The translations under genes were made by a program, and so were the position numbers. Positions 1-13,330 of a DNA stretch of 64,000 nt are shown here, in pieces; the stretch's first letter is position 1, and every line of letters begins with the position of its first letter. The notes beneath the pieces were generated by a model. The model had not been told where the DNA came from, did not search any database, and was given only the letters and a program-made list of their open reading frames with translations. Source of the DNA: Eledone cirrhosa (taxonomy: Eukaryota); the NCBI GenBank assembly GCA_964016885.1, contig OZ024746.1:89528001-89592000 (forward strand), given 5' to 3'.

Positions 1-78
1 ACCTCAAGATTGCGAATCCAATTCTCTAACCACTCAGCCAGGCGACTTCACATACATATATAAATATACATATATATG

Positions 79-154
<76 letters not shown>

Positions 155-159
155 TATAT

Positions 160-246
<87 letters not shown>

Positions 247-1074
247 GATATATAGATATATATATATTAATATATGTATGTATGTATGTGTGTGTGTGTA
301 TGCATATATATTATATGATTAGTTAAATCAAACTACCTATTCCTACTATTGATCTCACATTGACATGGCTGCAAAGGCGACTCCAAATATATGTACTTCA
401 CCTCAATTGCAACCTGTACATCTACTTAGCAAATTAGAGTATTGTAGCTTTATCTATATTTATATGTATTTATCAATAGATATATAAATGCTCATATATA
501 TTCTCTTCATATTATATGCCTAAATATATTAACTTTATACTTTTCTGCATTACTTAGTGTCTTACCAATTATTGAAATGTGCCACCCACTAGGCATCTCA
601 GATGTTGCAATAAGTCAATTTGCGCTTGTTCACTTATTTTGATTAATCTATCATTTCCATTCAAATGTATGTTTTCATCTCAAACCTATATACTCCTAAC
701 AGAGTTTGGCAATGATATTCACATTTAGTTACAGACCTACTTGACACCGTTCATTGCTGCTTTGTTTAACATATATAATAAGCAATGACTCCAGCTGGTG
801 AGACGATACTGACACAGAATACAGAGAAATGATGAAATTACATTCTGTAATGTCTCATTTCTAGAGGTTAGACTAATATATTTGTTTCAGCGTAACACTA
901 ATTGTAGTACCAATTTAACAAAATACAATATATTACAGATGTATGATTGCATTCATAACTGCGTGTGAGTTACAATACTAATATACAAGTTATATATTAG
1001 TTATATTATAACATTTATCAAGTAGATTCTTACTCATCACCTCACTAGCTATATTCAGTCCCATTTTATAAAAA

Positions 1075-1920
1075 AATAATGATTTCTACTCTAGGCACAA
1101 AGCCAGCAATTTGAAAGGGAGAGGAAAGTCTATTAAATCGACTCCAGTACATTACTGGCGCTTTAATTCATCGAGTCCGTAAGGATAAAATGCAAAGCTT
1201 AGCTAGGCGGAATAATTAGAAGTGTGATGGATACCATCTAGAAGAGCAATAAGCAAATCTTATCATCTTAAACTCCGAGATAAAGCCTGATGGTCAGAAG
1301 AAAAAAAACCGGCCATTGATGTCAACACAGAGCAATGATTAAGATAACATTTAACAATACTAATAAATACTAAAAAATAATTGTTTCTACGTTTGGCACA
1401 AGGCCAGCAATTACGCAGTGCATTACTGGTACTTTATTTTATCGACCCCGTAAGGATGAAAGGCAAAGTTAACCTCGGCGGGATTTGAACTCAGAATGGT
1501 AAGGGCCGTAACTCTATACGTCAAAGCATAGCGTCCGACTCTCTACCGATACTACCAGTCCACCACCCTACAATACTAATAAATAATTGTTTCTACATTT
1601 GGCACAAGGCCAGCAATTACCCAGTGCATTACTGGTACTTTATTTTATCGACCCCGTAAGGATGAAAGGCGAAGTTAACCTCGGCGGGATTTGAACTCAG
1701 AATGGCAAGGGCCGTAACTGTAATAATAATAATAATAATGGTTTCTAATTTAGGCACAAGGGCCACAATTTTTGGGGAGGGGAAAGTCCATTAAATCGAC
1801 CAGAGTAGATCACTGGTACTTTATTTTATCGACCCTGTAATGATGAATAACAAAGCTAACCGCGACGAGATTTGAACGCAGAATGTAAAGGGTCGTGGCA
1901 CTATGTCGCAAAGCAGTTTT
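1075..1920 (-). mobile_element. cluster of four tRNA-derived SINE copies (1075-1215, 1376-1568, 1582-1720, 1735-1920)
   Basis: Shared body gtactttattttatcgaccccgtaaggatgaaaggcaaagttaacctcggcgggatttgaactc, with A/B boxes on the - strand. Confidence 0.88.
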
Positions 1921-3170
1921 CATTTGAATCTAAATCAACTCTAATTAACTTGAAGAATGACTAAAAACCTTCAAACCATGACCATCTCGTACATTTTAGA
2001 GCAATAGTGTGTTTCTATAATGTATCCTTTCATGTGCTAAAACGGGAAATTATGTTCTATTTAAAGCAGAATTATTGAGCATGTAGCGATTATTTCACTT
2101 GATCATATATTCAATATCTAGTTATATCTTTATAATCTGACGTCAAACCACACCTGTGTAGAATCTAACCCCAGAGTCGATAAATCAGGAACGAACCTCA
2201 TTTGATTCAATAAATTATCATCAATATAAGTTAGACAATGCCTAAAAAATACATATGATCAATATGTCGGCCTATTTTAAGGATTGAAGTAATTCATCAA
2301 AGCACTTAATCAAATATTTTCAGATTTATAGGGAAACCTATATTAAAGACAAAATCAAAGAAATATGTTATTCTCCATTCCGTTTCTATGCACACATTTA
2401 TTGTTTCTAGGCTTAGTATATTGGTCTGCATATCTGATATTTTGACTGATTAATTACGCCCGATAAGTTAATTTCAATACATTTGATTTTAGTAGAATCG
2501 TGGTTTTCTTGCACACTGACATTCACCTTTCTTTCAACAAACTACGAGTCTTTTTTTTTCTCTTCGTTTTATCAATCTGTTTAAAAATTATAGTATTTGT
2601 GTTTTATTAGGAACATACCTTGCCAGAAAGGAATGATCGTCTCACACAAAGAACACGATTTATTGCTCTAGACCTGAATGGCAATGAATATAGTCATCTG
2701 TGCCTGGTTGAAAACAAGACATTCAAGTTTCTTTCAGTTTTTCGAAAATTGTTTGCTGAATCTCGGTTATTGGCGTTGCTATATACCAACAGTGACACAT
2801 GCACTAGTGTTGTGTTGTTGTCATATTGAACCGCAGTTTCTAGAGGAATGCTGTTTTAGTAGATATAAGCTTTTCAACGAAAATACATATAACATAAATG
2901 ACACCGTTTGGGAGTACATTTGCCAAACAACCTAATTACAATTATTCATGAGATTCAAGACAGTTTTGTATATAAAAATAGGGCCGTCGCCATTATATCA
3001 ACAGTACTACAATGTAGGTCTCATAACAAGTTGAATAGAGATGACACATTTCCTTTTGTAAAAGAAAAAATATCTTATGTATGGAATGTAGATTCAGGTA
3101 TGTTATATTTGAGAGGCTAATGTCATCGTGAGAAATTGTTAACAGGATAGCGTTTATAGAGCCTTTGAGA

Positions 3171-3251
3171 CTACTACTACTACTAGTACTACTACTACTA
3201 CTACTACTGGTGCTGCAACTACTGGTGCTGCTACTGCTGCTGCTGCTGCTG

Positions 3252-3308
<57 letters not shown>

Positions 3309-3318
3309 TTACTACTAT
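3171..3318. repeat. (CTA)n/(CTG)n compound microsatellite
   Basis: Read directly; explains the poly-Ser ORF. Confidence 0.95.
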
Positions 3319-3344
3319 AGGAATTTATCATTTTGAATTTGAAA

Positions 3345-3890
3345 TCTCAGTCATTGATTTTATTTAATCAGATAATTTGCCGCTAATTGCAGCCTCAGAT
3401 ATCCAGGTCGTATCGCAGGCTCCTTGCTCTTCTCATTAGACATGCCTTTCGAAGTATTCCAAAAATGGGTACTGGGCTAATTTTCTTTATTCAACCTAGG
3501 AAACTGTTGGAGATAGTACTCAGATAGGACGACGGGAACGACCTTGCTCTTATATCAGTCCCCAAAACTTTGCAGTTTCCACTTTAAATCTTGGTACCGG
3601 TTAATCTTTTCCTGTGACTTTTCTTGCACTCTTGTTTCAAAGGGGCGAACTAGATCTATAATCAAACAAGCTTTTTTTTCCTTGTCAAATTAAATCATAT
3701 CAGACCTATTGTGTTCTAAATGTTTATCTGATTTTCTCTTGTAATCCGACAGCACATTCACCTGATCTTTTTCTAACACCGACTGACTGATGATCATACA
3801 AATTCTGAGAGTGGAGTAAATTATTTAGTTTGCATAAATGCATGTGGATCACCTTTCTTATGATATCACGCCACTAACCTTTATAGCGAG
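3345..3890 (-). mobile_element. older degenerate copy of the same R4/Dong-like 3' end
   Basis: Colinear similarity to 4324-4870 (tctcagtcattgat, tgcagcctcaga, acagcacattcacctgatc, tggatcacc). Confidence 0.75.
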
Positions 3891-4199
3891 TCTACGCTAG
3901 GCGTTTATAATCGGATATGACATGAACCACAGTTTACTCTCTCTCCCTCTCTCTTTCTTCAGCTCTTCATTTTAAGGACTTGCTCTGGTGCAGCGATTGA
4001 CACTCACTCTGTAGGTTCTTTAATATCTCCTTTCTTTTACTTGTCCAATGCCTGCGGATATCTGAATTCTGTTTTCTTTTAATAACTATATTATCTCCTC
4101 CTTCAATACAACCCTAAGCCTTGGTTCATTACTCTTAAACACGCATGTGTGTAAGCAGCGCTTGTTCATTTGAACAGTCCTCCACGCTGATAAAACCAC

Positions 4200-4297
4200 G
4201 CTGTACTTTGCCTTTCATCCTTACGGGGTCGAAAGAATAAAGTACCAGTAATGCAGTGGGTAATTGCTGAACTTGTGCCAAAAGTAGAAACAATTAT
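4200..4297 (+). mobile_element. SINE 3' half
   Basis: ctttgcctttcatccttacggggtcg...gtagaaacaattatt. Confidence 0.85.
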
Positions 4298-4323
4298 TAT
4301 TATTATTATTATTGTTATTTGAG

Positions 4324-5090
4324 TCTCAGTCATTGATGTTAATTAACAGGAAAATTTGTTGAAATGTATATCAAGCCACTCCCTGCAGCCTCAGACATTC
4401 AGGACGTATCGGAGGGTTCTTGCTGTTCCCAGCAAGTACGCCTTTTGAAGTGTTCCGAAAAGCGGGGCTGGACTAATCTTCTTTAACCATCCTTGGAAAT
4501 TCTTCGAGATAGTACCCAGTGCGCCTTGATTTCATGGCAATTCGAAATCCTTTTTACCTCCCACTTTAAGTCCTGGTATCGGTTAATTTTCACCCGCTCC
4601 TTGTCTTGCACTCTCGTGTCGAATGGGCAGGCCACATCCACAATCAGGCACGATCTTTTTTCCTTGTCCAAAACCACCAGGTCAGGTCTATTGTGTTCCA
4701 GTTTCTTGTCCGTCTGTATCCTAAAATCCCACAGCACATTCACCTGATCGCTTTCTATCACCGGCTCTGGTTATGCTCATACCACTTCTCAGAATGTGAT
4801 AAATTGTTTACTTTGCATAGGTGCCAGTGGATCACCCTGTCCATCACATCATGTCTCCAGCCTTTATAGTAAGCCTGGGCTAGGTGTTTACACTCGGATA
4901 CAATGTGAGCCACAATTTCCACTCTCTCTCCACAGATCCTGCACAGTGGGCTAGCCTCCTCCTTGTAAATATGGTGTTTCAACCACTTCGTTTTGAGGGC
5001 CTGCTCTTGCGCAGCCATTAGCATTCCTTCTGTAGCCTTTTTAAGGTCTCCACTTTTCAACCAGTTCCATGTCTGTGGATCTATGAATTC
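4324..5090 (-). mobile_element. 5'-truncated, frameshifted R4/Dong-like non-LTR retrotransposon (CCHC knuckle plus restriction-like endonuclease)
   Basis: TEGMLMAAQEQAL; CRICGERVEIVAHIVSEC..RHD; LWDFRIQTD..NRPDLVVLDK..IVDVACPFD..KINRYQDL; C-terminus LQKAYLLGTARTLRYVLNV*; 3' end abuts (TAA)n. Confidence 0.9.
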
Positions 5091-5497
5091 AGTTTTCTCA
5101 AAGAAGGTACTACGAAGGGATTTTTCACAAAATTGGCTTTCAACTCTCTATGTCATGTTCTTTTAATCCCTGAGTGACATTAGATTTGCTTGTCATGATT
5201 GAAGGATCGATAATTCGAGTGTAAGTAATATATTCAATTGACTATACTCCTATCTTTTAGAAGCTAACTGTGTGTCCAATCCCAAACATTTCACGTGGGA
5301 AAGTGTTGCAAAGTCTCCGTGCTATTTTTGATAAAGTTTTAAGACACTCAAATCTCATATATTTACTCTACTAATAATGATTGATGAGTTGCCGTTGTCC
5401 CTTTGTTGAATACGTAAGTCAAATTTGTAGCATGACTAATGCTCTAAGATGCGATATTATTTTCCTGGTGTGCAAGCATACCTAATTTATAAGCATT

Positions 5498-5556
<59 letters not shown>

Positions 5557-5655
5557 ATATATATATATATGCATACATGTATATATATGCATATATATGC
5601 ATATACATGTATATATATATATACATGCAGACATGTATACATATATATGTATATA

Positions 5656-5697
<42 letters not shown>

Positions 5698-5706
<9 letters not shown>

Positions 5707-5831
5707 ATATGTATGTGATGAAACACAGATACCAACACATCTGTATATATATTGCAAAAGAAAATTTTCTTTTGAAATATATATACAGATGTGTTGGTAT
5801 CTGTGTTTCATCACATACATATTAGTTTATA
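5698..5831. repeat. near-perfect ~134-bp palindrome with no spacer
   Basis: Centre gaaaa|ttttc at 5764/5765; one mismatch seen. Confidence 0.93.
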
Positions 5832-5937
5832 CACGGCTCAGTGGGTATTTTCCTCCTTCGAGCTAATTCCATTGTAAAAGAATTCATTACCTTATTAATA
5901 TATATATATATATATATATATTCATAAAACATATAAT

Positions 5938-6200
5938 GTCACCATGTTACCAGTAGTACTGGTGACATGTAACCCAGTACAACATGTCAATGGTCGGATC
6001 GTCGGCAACCAGCCGGCAGGCGTGGTGTGTAGGGTGAATTTGGACACCCAAGGGATGAAAAACAGGATTCCACACCCATCGAATAAATATTGTCTTTTGT
6101 GGAGCGAGAAACTCCTAGTCTTCGTTAAGAGATATCTCTAAGAGAAGGGCACTTAGATATAAAACCTGCGATTTCGTTTACATCCAATTGTGTAGATCAG
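5938..6200 (+). mobile_element. diverged relative of the bipartite element 5' half
   Basis: tactggtgacatgtaacccagtacaac..tggtcgg..ggtgaatttggacaccc parallels 21059-21170. Confidence 0.55.
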
Positions 6201-7213
6201 ATCTTTTTGGGTAAATGCATTCAATGTTAAGAGCGTGGGTTTGGTTCCATGCAAAGCCTTTCCTTACATACGAAAGCTTCAAGCACATGCATCGCTTGAT
6301 ATGTGACATTTCTTGGCGATGCATGGCATTGCTTGTCATAGGTAAGCTCCTCGGAGGATTAAAGGTCTAAAACCACGTCTGTGTTGCTCATTTTTAACTA
6401 TCATGCGATATTACTCGAAATCGAATTACAGCCAATATATTTATATACATATATATATACACACACTCATCTACATAAATATATATATATATATACACAC
6501 ACAAACATACATATACGTAAGTATATAAAGATACACACACACAGACACACACGCACACTCATATATATATATATCTGTTTAATCTAATCTAATATGGCCG
6601 AGTTTACACTCGCAAATAAGAACAAACAGGGCCGCCCGTAAAAGCATTTGATCTGGTGTATTTGTTTCGGTTGCTTAATACAATAAAGGGTTGCTGCTTC
6701 TCCTGAAGGTCAATAGTTCTCTTCTAACAGGAGCGGGGGCGCCTTTCCATTGTCAATTTCCATTGATCATCTGCAAAGTCGCATTCTTCTCAGAAAACTA
6801 CACCATCCTTTCGTTGCGTGCATCTGAAACTACTGCCACCCATTGATTTGGCAATACTTTATTATTTTTCTGTTTAGATGGCCGTTGACTATTATAAGCT
6901 CTTCCGTCCTTTGTCAGGTTTTCGATGTATTGTTTCCTTGAGCAAGACACTTTATTTCACGTTGCTCCAGTTTACTCAGCTGTAGAAATGAGTACCGGCC
7001 TGTCCGCGCAGCCAGTGGGATGGCGTTGTCTTATGGCTAAAACAGCACGACGTGCTGTGACCAGCGGCGTCGGTTGGCGCCCGACAGACTGGTCGGTCAA
7101 GGTGGTCAAGGTGATATATATATATACTTATATATATATATACATACACACACACGCACACACACACATATATATATATACATACACACACACGCACACA
7201 CACATACATACAT

Positions 7214-7241
<28 letters not shown>

Positions 7242-7244
<3 letters not shown>

Positions 7245-7619
7245 GCTGCCAACTCGTTTTCGAGTACGGCCACTACTTTATATCCATGTAGGAGAACGCC
7301 TACCGATGCGCTGACGAGTGTGACTTTTTAGTCCAGCCAGTGACTTGAAAACTCTGGTACACTACACTTGTGACAATTATTTACACATAGTGCTGGGCCC
7401 ATGGTACCATGTGACGACAAGTGCAGAGAGATCTCCAGATATAAAGCAATGCCTGTGCCGTGAAGCTTTTATAGTGAGCAAAGGCACTGCACAAAGCCAG
7501 TCCCACTCTCTTAACCAAGATGATATTTACCGGGAGAGATGACCCCTTAGCCTTTGTCAAGGCAGAATTCTACGAGAAGGAAAACTCTGATATAACACCT
7601 GCAACCCTGATGGTATCCA
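7242..7619 (-). mobile_element. same bipartite element, 5'-truncated with an inverted segment (7529-7619 on +)
   Basis: 7242-7531 is the reverse complement of the 3' half; 7529-7619 is the direct upstream part; junction microhomology acc. Confidence 0.85.
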
Positions 7620-7683
7620 TTGATATATATATATATATATATACATATATACACAGATACATATATATATATACTTATATATA

Positions 7684-7970
7684 TCTGTATATATATAAAA
7701 TTAAGTATGTGTGTGTGTCTGTGTATTACCCATAGGGGCCTACATCTTACGACCGATTTTCATGAAACTTTACAGGATCATAGATTAGTCATCGGGGAGT
7801 GTTTTCTATATATCAGCGTATCATTCTTTTATATTCCGGGGTCATTCTACAGATAAAAATCGATAGGTGGGGTGGTCACCTTTTTGGGGGTATCGAAAAA
7901 TAAGATTTTTGGCTCTAGCTCCCACATTTTGCCATCGATTTCACAGATACACACCCTGACATGTTTATAT
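7684..7970 (+). mobile_element. non-autonomous Helitron-like 5' end
   Basis: TC start, tatataaaa, (GT)n, then accgattttcatgaaacttt, a pattern typical of invertebrate Helitron termini. Confidence 0.5.
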
Positions 7971-8569
7971 GTCATCTAATCTATCATCTATCATCTAATC
8001 TATTTTGCATTATTAAAGAGATCTTATTTGATTCTCTACCCTAAACAGTTTCTAAAACTAATACGATATTTTCAATATTGATATCTTATTTGGAAACATT
8101 CTTCGTACAATTAGTACATCTCGGATTCATCAGATAATTACAGTGTAACTATAAATACGTAATATATTGATATTTGAGGAGTATTGAACCGAACATATTA
8201 GTAATATATAGGCATATTTACATTGAACTAAATTATTAATTTATCATAATCTACTTAATTTGCACTTGCACCTAAGTATCTAATTGATATAAAATATACC
8301 AAAGGCTCATTCTTAATTTCTATTTGTGCACTTCACAAATATGTAAGCAAGTATCTCTCCCTCTCTCTTTCTTTCTCTCTCTATATATATGTGTGTGTGT
8401 GTGTGTCTCTCTCTCTCTGAAGGACAGCTAGTTATATCAGGTTTTATGTTTCTATTAATCATCTAAGTATATTTAGTTAGATGTTATATTTATGTACCAT
8501 TAACATTGTATTGTTGCGTCTTTGGTCTGTATATGCCATACAAAGTATAATGGCTACTACGTATGCACA

Positions 8570-10205
8570 TACAGTTGCTATTGTTGAAATGTTACCCGTT
8601 CCCAAATCAAGAAGGTAGTTTGCAAACTGTCTTTCAGCAGAATCCTCTGCATATTAATTAACCGTTGATCGGTTGTCATCTCCATGGTTTCCACATAGTC
8701 CCAGAGATAGGATCTCTTGATGGTTGGCTCAACTATTTGTGGTCTAGCACCATGATGTACAACTGGAAGTCACCAGGTAGTATTACTGTTAGACCACCAA
8801 ATGGCTCTTTGCCATCTGGAACATCTTTGAAGCTCCTGTAAAAGCATTTAAAGATATGCTTATATCCCATACCTATCTCCCCATTGATTAGCAGGTCATT
8901 TACTGCATAGATTTTCCTGTGAAGAAACGCATTGATTCAGCAGTCACATTGAGAGGAATATTGCACTTGGAATGAAGAGTTATACCTTTGTGAAGAAAAG
9001 TGGCTGCTATTCCAGATATGGCAGTGGCAAGTGCAATTCTTTTTTAGATCGGAGCTAATACAATATGATGTTTATTACATAGATCTTTGCTGGGCCTGCA
9101 GTTGCATTCAAGCAGAAAATTCTACTTTCATTTTCATTTACAAAGGTGATTACTTTGTGAAAAATAACCAGTTGTTCAGGATGCAATGTTGGCAGAAGTT
9201 CATTTAGGTTTGCGTGCTGTTGGTGTGTATTGAAATCAGTTTCTGCCATAAGAACTCTGTTGATTTCTGATATGGCAACAATAGTTGGGTCTGACAAGGA
9301 TGTCGATAGTTGGCATGAATGTTCAAGCCATCACGTTGAAGTCTTTGTTGGATCTTCAGTAGAACGATCTGCATGGTTTGCATGGACATGACTTGCTCAT
9401 GACGTTCATGCATGATATCTTCTGCAAGACAATTCTTCCATTTCTCCCAGACTGCAGAGTGTCATTTGGCATTCAGTGCAATAAAATGGTGCAGAAAATA
9501 TCTCGCAGCTGAGGACGAAAGGTAATAGATGAGGCCTCTTCCATAGATTTGTCTTTTTCTCCATCTTCATCCAACAGGCCCAGTATCCTACATACTTCTT
9601 GGAATGTTGGCAATTCAACTACTTAAATTGTCCTCAAATCTTTGTATTAAATTGTTCCAGACTTGTCATGTAGGAGCATCCTGAGATAATATAATTCAGA
9701 TTGATGTCTACTGAGAGATACTGTTGGAATGCGTCCAAGCGATTCGCTCATAAATTGATGACCATCCAGATGGCCCTCTTTTCTTTTTTGCTTCTTTTTG
9801 TTTGTCCAATTGGAATATTTAGGAATATCAATAGGAATATCATCAAAGAGATTTGGGTTTATGTGGCCAGCGATAAGCTTTATAGTGTGGACAAACAGAA
9901 GCAAAGAGACTCCCTGCATTATGTTGTGGCATTATGGGAAGAACAGTTTGCTATTGGAAAGGTTCATCTGTATGATTATTTGCCAGACCTTCAATTGACC
10001 TGTTCCTTCCTCACTGAACGTTTGGTGTATTTGTTACAAATTGTTGTTGGTGTGGTAACTGAATTATATTTGTCGAAATTTGTTGGGATGTTGTAGAGCG
10101 ATTATTGTTTGATTGATTTTCTCTCATCTCTCTTTGTCGTTGTGCGTCTGCTGCCATGCGTTGGGATTTAGATGAGAAATGTTTTCTGCGTTCCATATTC
10201 ACCTT
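8570..10205 (-). pseudogene. decayed Helitron RepHel remnant (PIF1-family helicase part; HUH Rep domain not seen)
   Basis: Translated - strand fragments in the expected order: SELYYLRMLLH, degenerate Walker A region CLNATAGPAKIY, ATAISGIAATFLHKGITLHSKCNIPL, EPFGGLTVILPGDFQ, QFANYLLDLGTG; many stops and frameshifts. Confidence 0.88.
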
Positions 10206-10407
10206 CTGTCATGTATGTATACATATATGATATTTCTACGGCGAAATCATAGAAATAAATATATGTTAATATATATAGCTGACACGGAGAAAAGAAATCT
10301 TTGAAATATATGTATGTTAGAAATAAATAAGAGACGGAATATTATAAACGTGAAAGAACGATTGAAATATATGAAAGAACGATAGGAATATATGAACGTT
10401 TATATGT

Positions 10408-10592
10408 ATAATTGTTTCTACTTTTAGCACTAGGCCAGCAATTATTCCAGTACATTACTGGTACTTTATTTTATCGACCCCGTAAGGATGAAAGGCAAAG
10501 TTAACCTCGGCGGGATTTGAACTCAGATCGTAAAGGGACGTAACTACGATGGAAAGCATGTCCGACACTCTACCGATACTGCCAATTCACCA
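10408..10592 (-). mobile_element. tRNA-derived SINE
   Basis: Full family body; A box TGGCAGTATCGG and B box GAGTTCAAATCC on the - strand. Confidence 0.9.
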
Positions 10593-10739
10593 ATGATATA
10601 TAATCGATGTGATATAGCGATAAAATAAAAACTATTACCACTTTAAAACTGTGAATGCATGTCTGTAAGTGTGTCTGTATTTGTGTGATTATATTTATAC
10701 ATATAAATGTATGATCGTCTGCTATTTCATACATCAGAC

Positions 10740-10778
<39 letters not shown>

Positions 10779-12074
10779 TATGAGGTAGTCATAACAACAC
10801 GTATGAAAACAAAAGTTATAGTATATATATATGTATTTGTCACATAGTCACTCTATCTGTATCTCGCTCTTCATATACTCACACACACACTCTCTCTCTC
10901 TTTCTTTCTCGCTCTAGCAATTTCATAAAATGAAAGTACAACAACATACACACATGCACACACATACACGTCAGCGTGTTGAAAAAAAATCCAAATCACT
11001 CCATCTTTCTCAAATCGCTCCATCTCTCTCTACATATGGTGTAAATATAAATATAAATATATATATATATCTGTCACATAGTCACTTTGTATCTCCCTCT
11101 TCACACACACTCTCTTTCTTTCTCGCTCTCTTTCTCTCCCCCTCTCTCTCTCTCCCTCTTTCTCTCTCTCTCTCTCTGTATATATATATATATATATATT
11201 GTTATACTTGTTATATCGCCGTTATATATATATATATATATACACATATATGGTGGTGGTGGCGATATACCTGAAGTAATGAAATTTGAAACTTTTAAAA
11301 GAAGTGAATCTGGAACTGTGCAATAACATTACTTATGTTTAATCATGTGTTACGAAATTTAGTACATACATTATGTAATATTCATTCATTATTTATTCAA
11401 AGTAAGCCAACTTATTTTACTAACGGGATTAACAAATATATTGATGACACAGTCCCGCACTCATCCATTGATTATAGTTAAGATTATATATCATAATTTA
11501 GTATATACAGGCAATACATGATGAGTAAATTTTTCCAATTATGATTATTTTATAAATTTTATCCAAATGCTTTGTAATTATCGAAGCAAAAATAATTCGT
11601 TATAAATTGTGATCACATGTCTCAAATCAAGAATAAGGCAAGTATAATTGTGGATTAAAGAATTTTTGGCACCAGATGTAACTACGTCGATATCTGATAA
11701 TATTGAGTATGTGAAGTAGGGAAGACATCACTGGTTGGTGGATTTAAACATTGACACAAGTCCTTACATTTAATCCTGATTGCATTAACCTATGATTAAC
11801 ACTTTGCTGAACTCACCGGTGGCATATTGATTTATTTCTGACTAATGATAAATTACGAAATGCGAATAGGCTTCGGGTGATTTGACCAACTAGATCCTGA
11901 CAGGAATTATACAATTCTTGCTATTGACATAGAATTTACAGAAATTTACATGCAATTAAAATGAAAGCATTGAAAAAGCTCATAGATGTGAGTCTTTAGA
12001 TATGTTTAAGGAGTAGTTGTAGTAGTGGTGGTAGTAAAAATAGAAGTAGTCGTAGTAATATTAATAGTAGTACT

Positions 12075-12892
12075 GAAGGCGATGGATTGGCAGTATCGGT
12101 AGAGGTTCGGACGCCATGCTTTTCAGCATAGAGTTACGGCCCTTTATGATCTGATTTCAAATCCCGCCGAGGTTAACTTTGCCTTTCATCCTTACGGGGT
12201 CAAAATAAAGTACCAGTCATGCACTGGGGCTGCTTTAATCCCCCCCCCCGCCCAGAAAAAATATAATTGCTGGCCTTGTGCTTATATAAGAAACCATTAT
12301 TAGTGGTAGTACTAGTAGAAGTACTGTTTAGATCTATAAAGTATTATACCTATGGACAAATATCTTCCAAACATAAACCCCTGGACTCATATGATTACAA
12401 TGGATCTACCCTATAAGTTTACCTCATCCATGTGTCGCATTTACAATTGATAGGGTATTAGCTGCTATTTGCACCACGTTGAGAAGAACAACCATATAGA
12501 AGAACCAGCATCAGCAGCTGCAGTAGAAGCAACAGCAGTAGCATTATTGTGGATTGGCGGTATCGGTAGAGAGTCGGACGCCATTCTTTGCAGCAAAGAG
12601 TTACGGCCCTTTATGATCTGAGTTCAAATCCCCCCGAGGTTAACTTTGCCTTTCATCCTTACGGGGTCGATAAAATAAAGTACCAGTAATACCCTGGAAA
12701 AATTGCTGGCCTTGTGCCAAAAGTAGAAACAATTATTATTAATGTTTCTTTGCGCACGTTGGAGATATATTTCAGTGTAAGCTATTCACTACCAGTGAAC
12801 TGAGGTAACACCTATTATTTTTCGAGTAGCCACTGCAGTATTCGAGCTGTTCCAAACAATGCTATTTGCAATCTATATTATTATTATTATTA

Positions 12893-12923
<31 letters not shown>

Positions 12924-13330
12924 AAGGGCGGTGGTTTGGCAGTATCGGAAGTGTGTCAGGTACCATGCTTTGCATCATAGAGTTATGGCCCTTTACGTTC
13001 TGAGTCCAAATACGCCGAGGTTAAATTTGCCTTTCGTCCTTACGTGGTCGAGATAATAAAGCACCAGTAATGCACTGGGGTCATTGCTGGCCTTGTGACA
13101 AAAGTAGAAACATTATTATTATCATTATCGGTAGAGAGTCGGACACCATGTTTCAAATTATAGTTATGGGCCTTTTCGTTCTGAGTTCAAATGACGCCGA
13201 GGCTATCTTTGCCTTTCATCCTTACAGGGTCAATGAAATAAAGCACCAGTAATGCAATAGGGCGGATTTAATCAACATTCCCCTCCCCTTGAAATTGCTG
13301 GCCTTGTACCTGAAGTAGAAACAATTATTA
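12075..13330 (+). mobile_element. cluster of four SINE copies (12075-12300, 12548-12737, 12925-13116, 13127-13330)
   Basis: tggattggcagtatcggtagag...gagttcaaatcc...gcctttcatccttacggggtc...agtagaaacaattatt. Confidence 0.9.

Noticed and set aside
12548-12640. tRNA gene
   Set aside because: The A/B boxes belong to a SINE head; no cloverleaf, and the SINE body follows.
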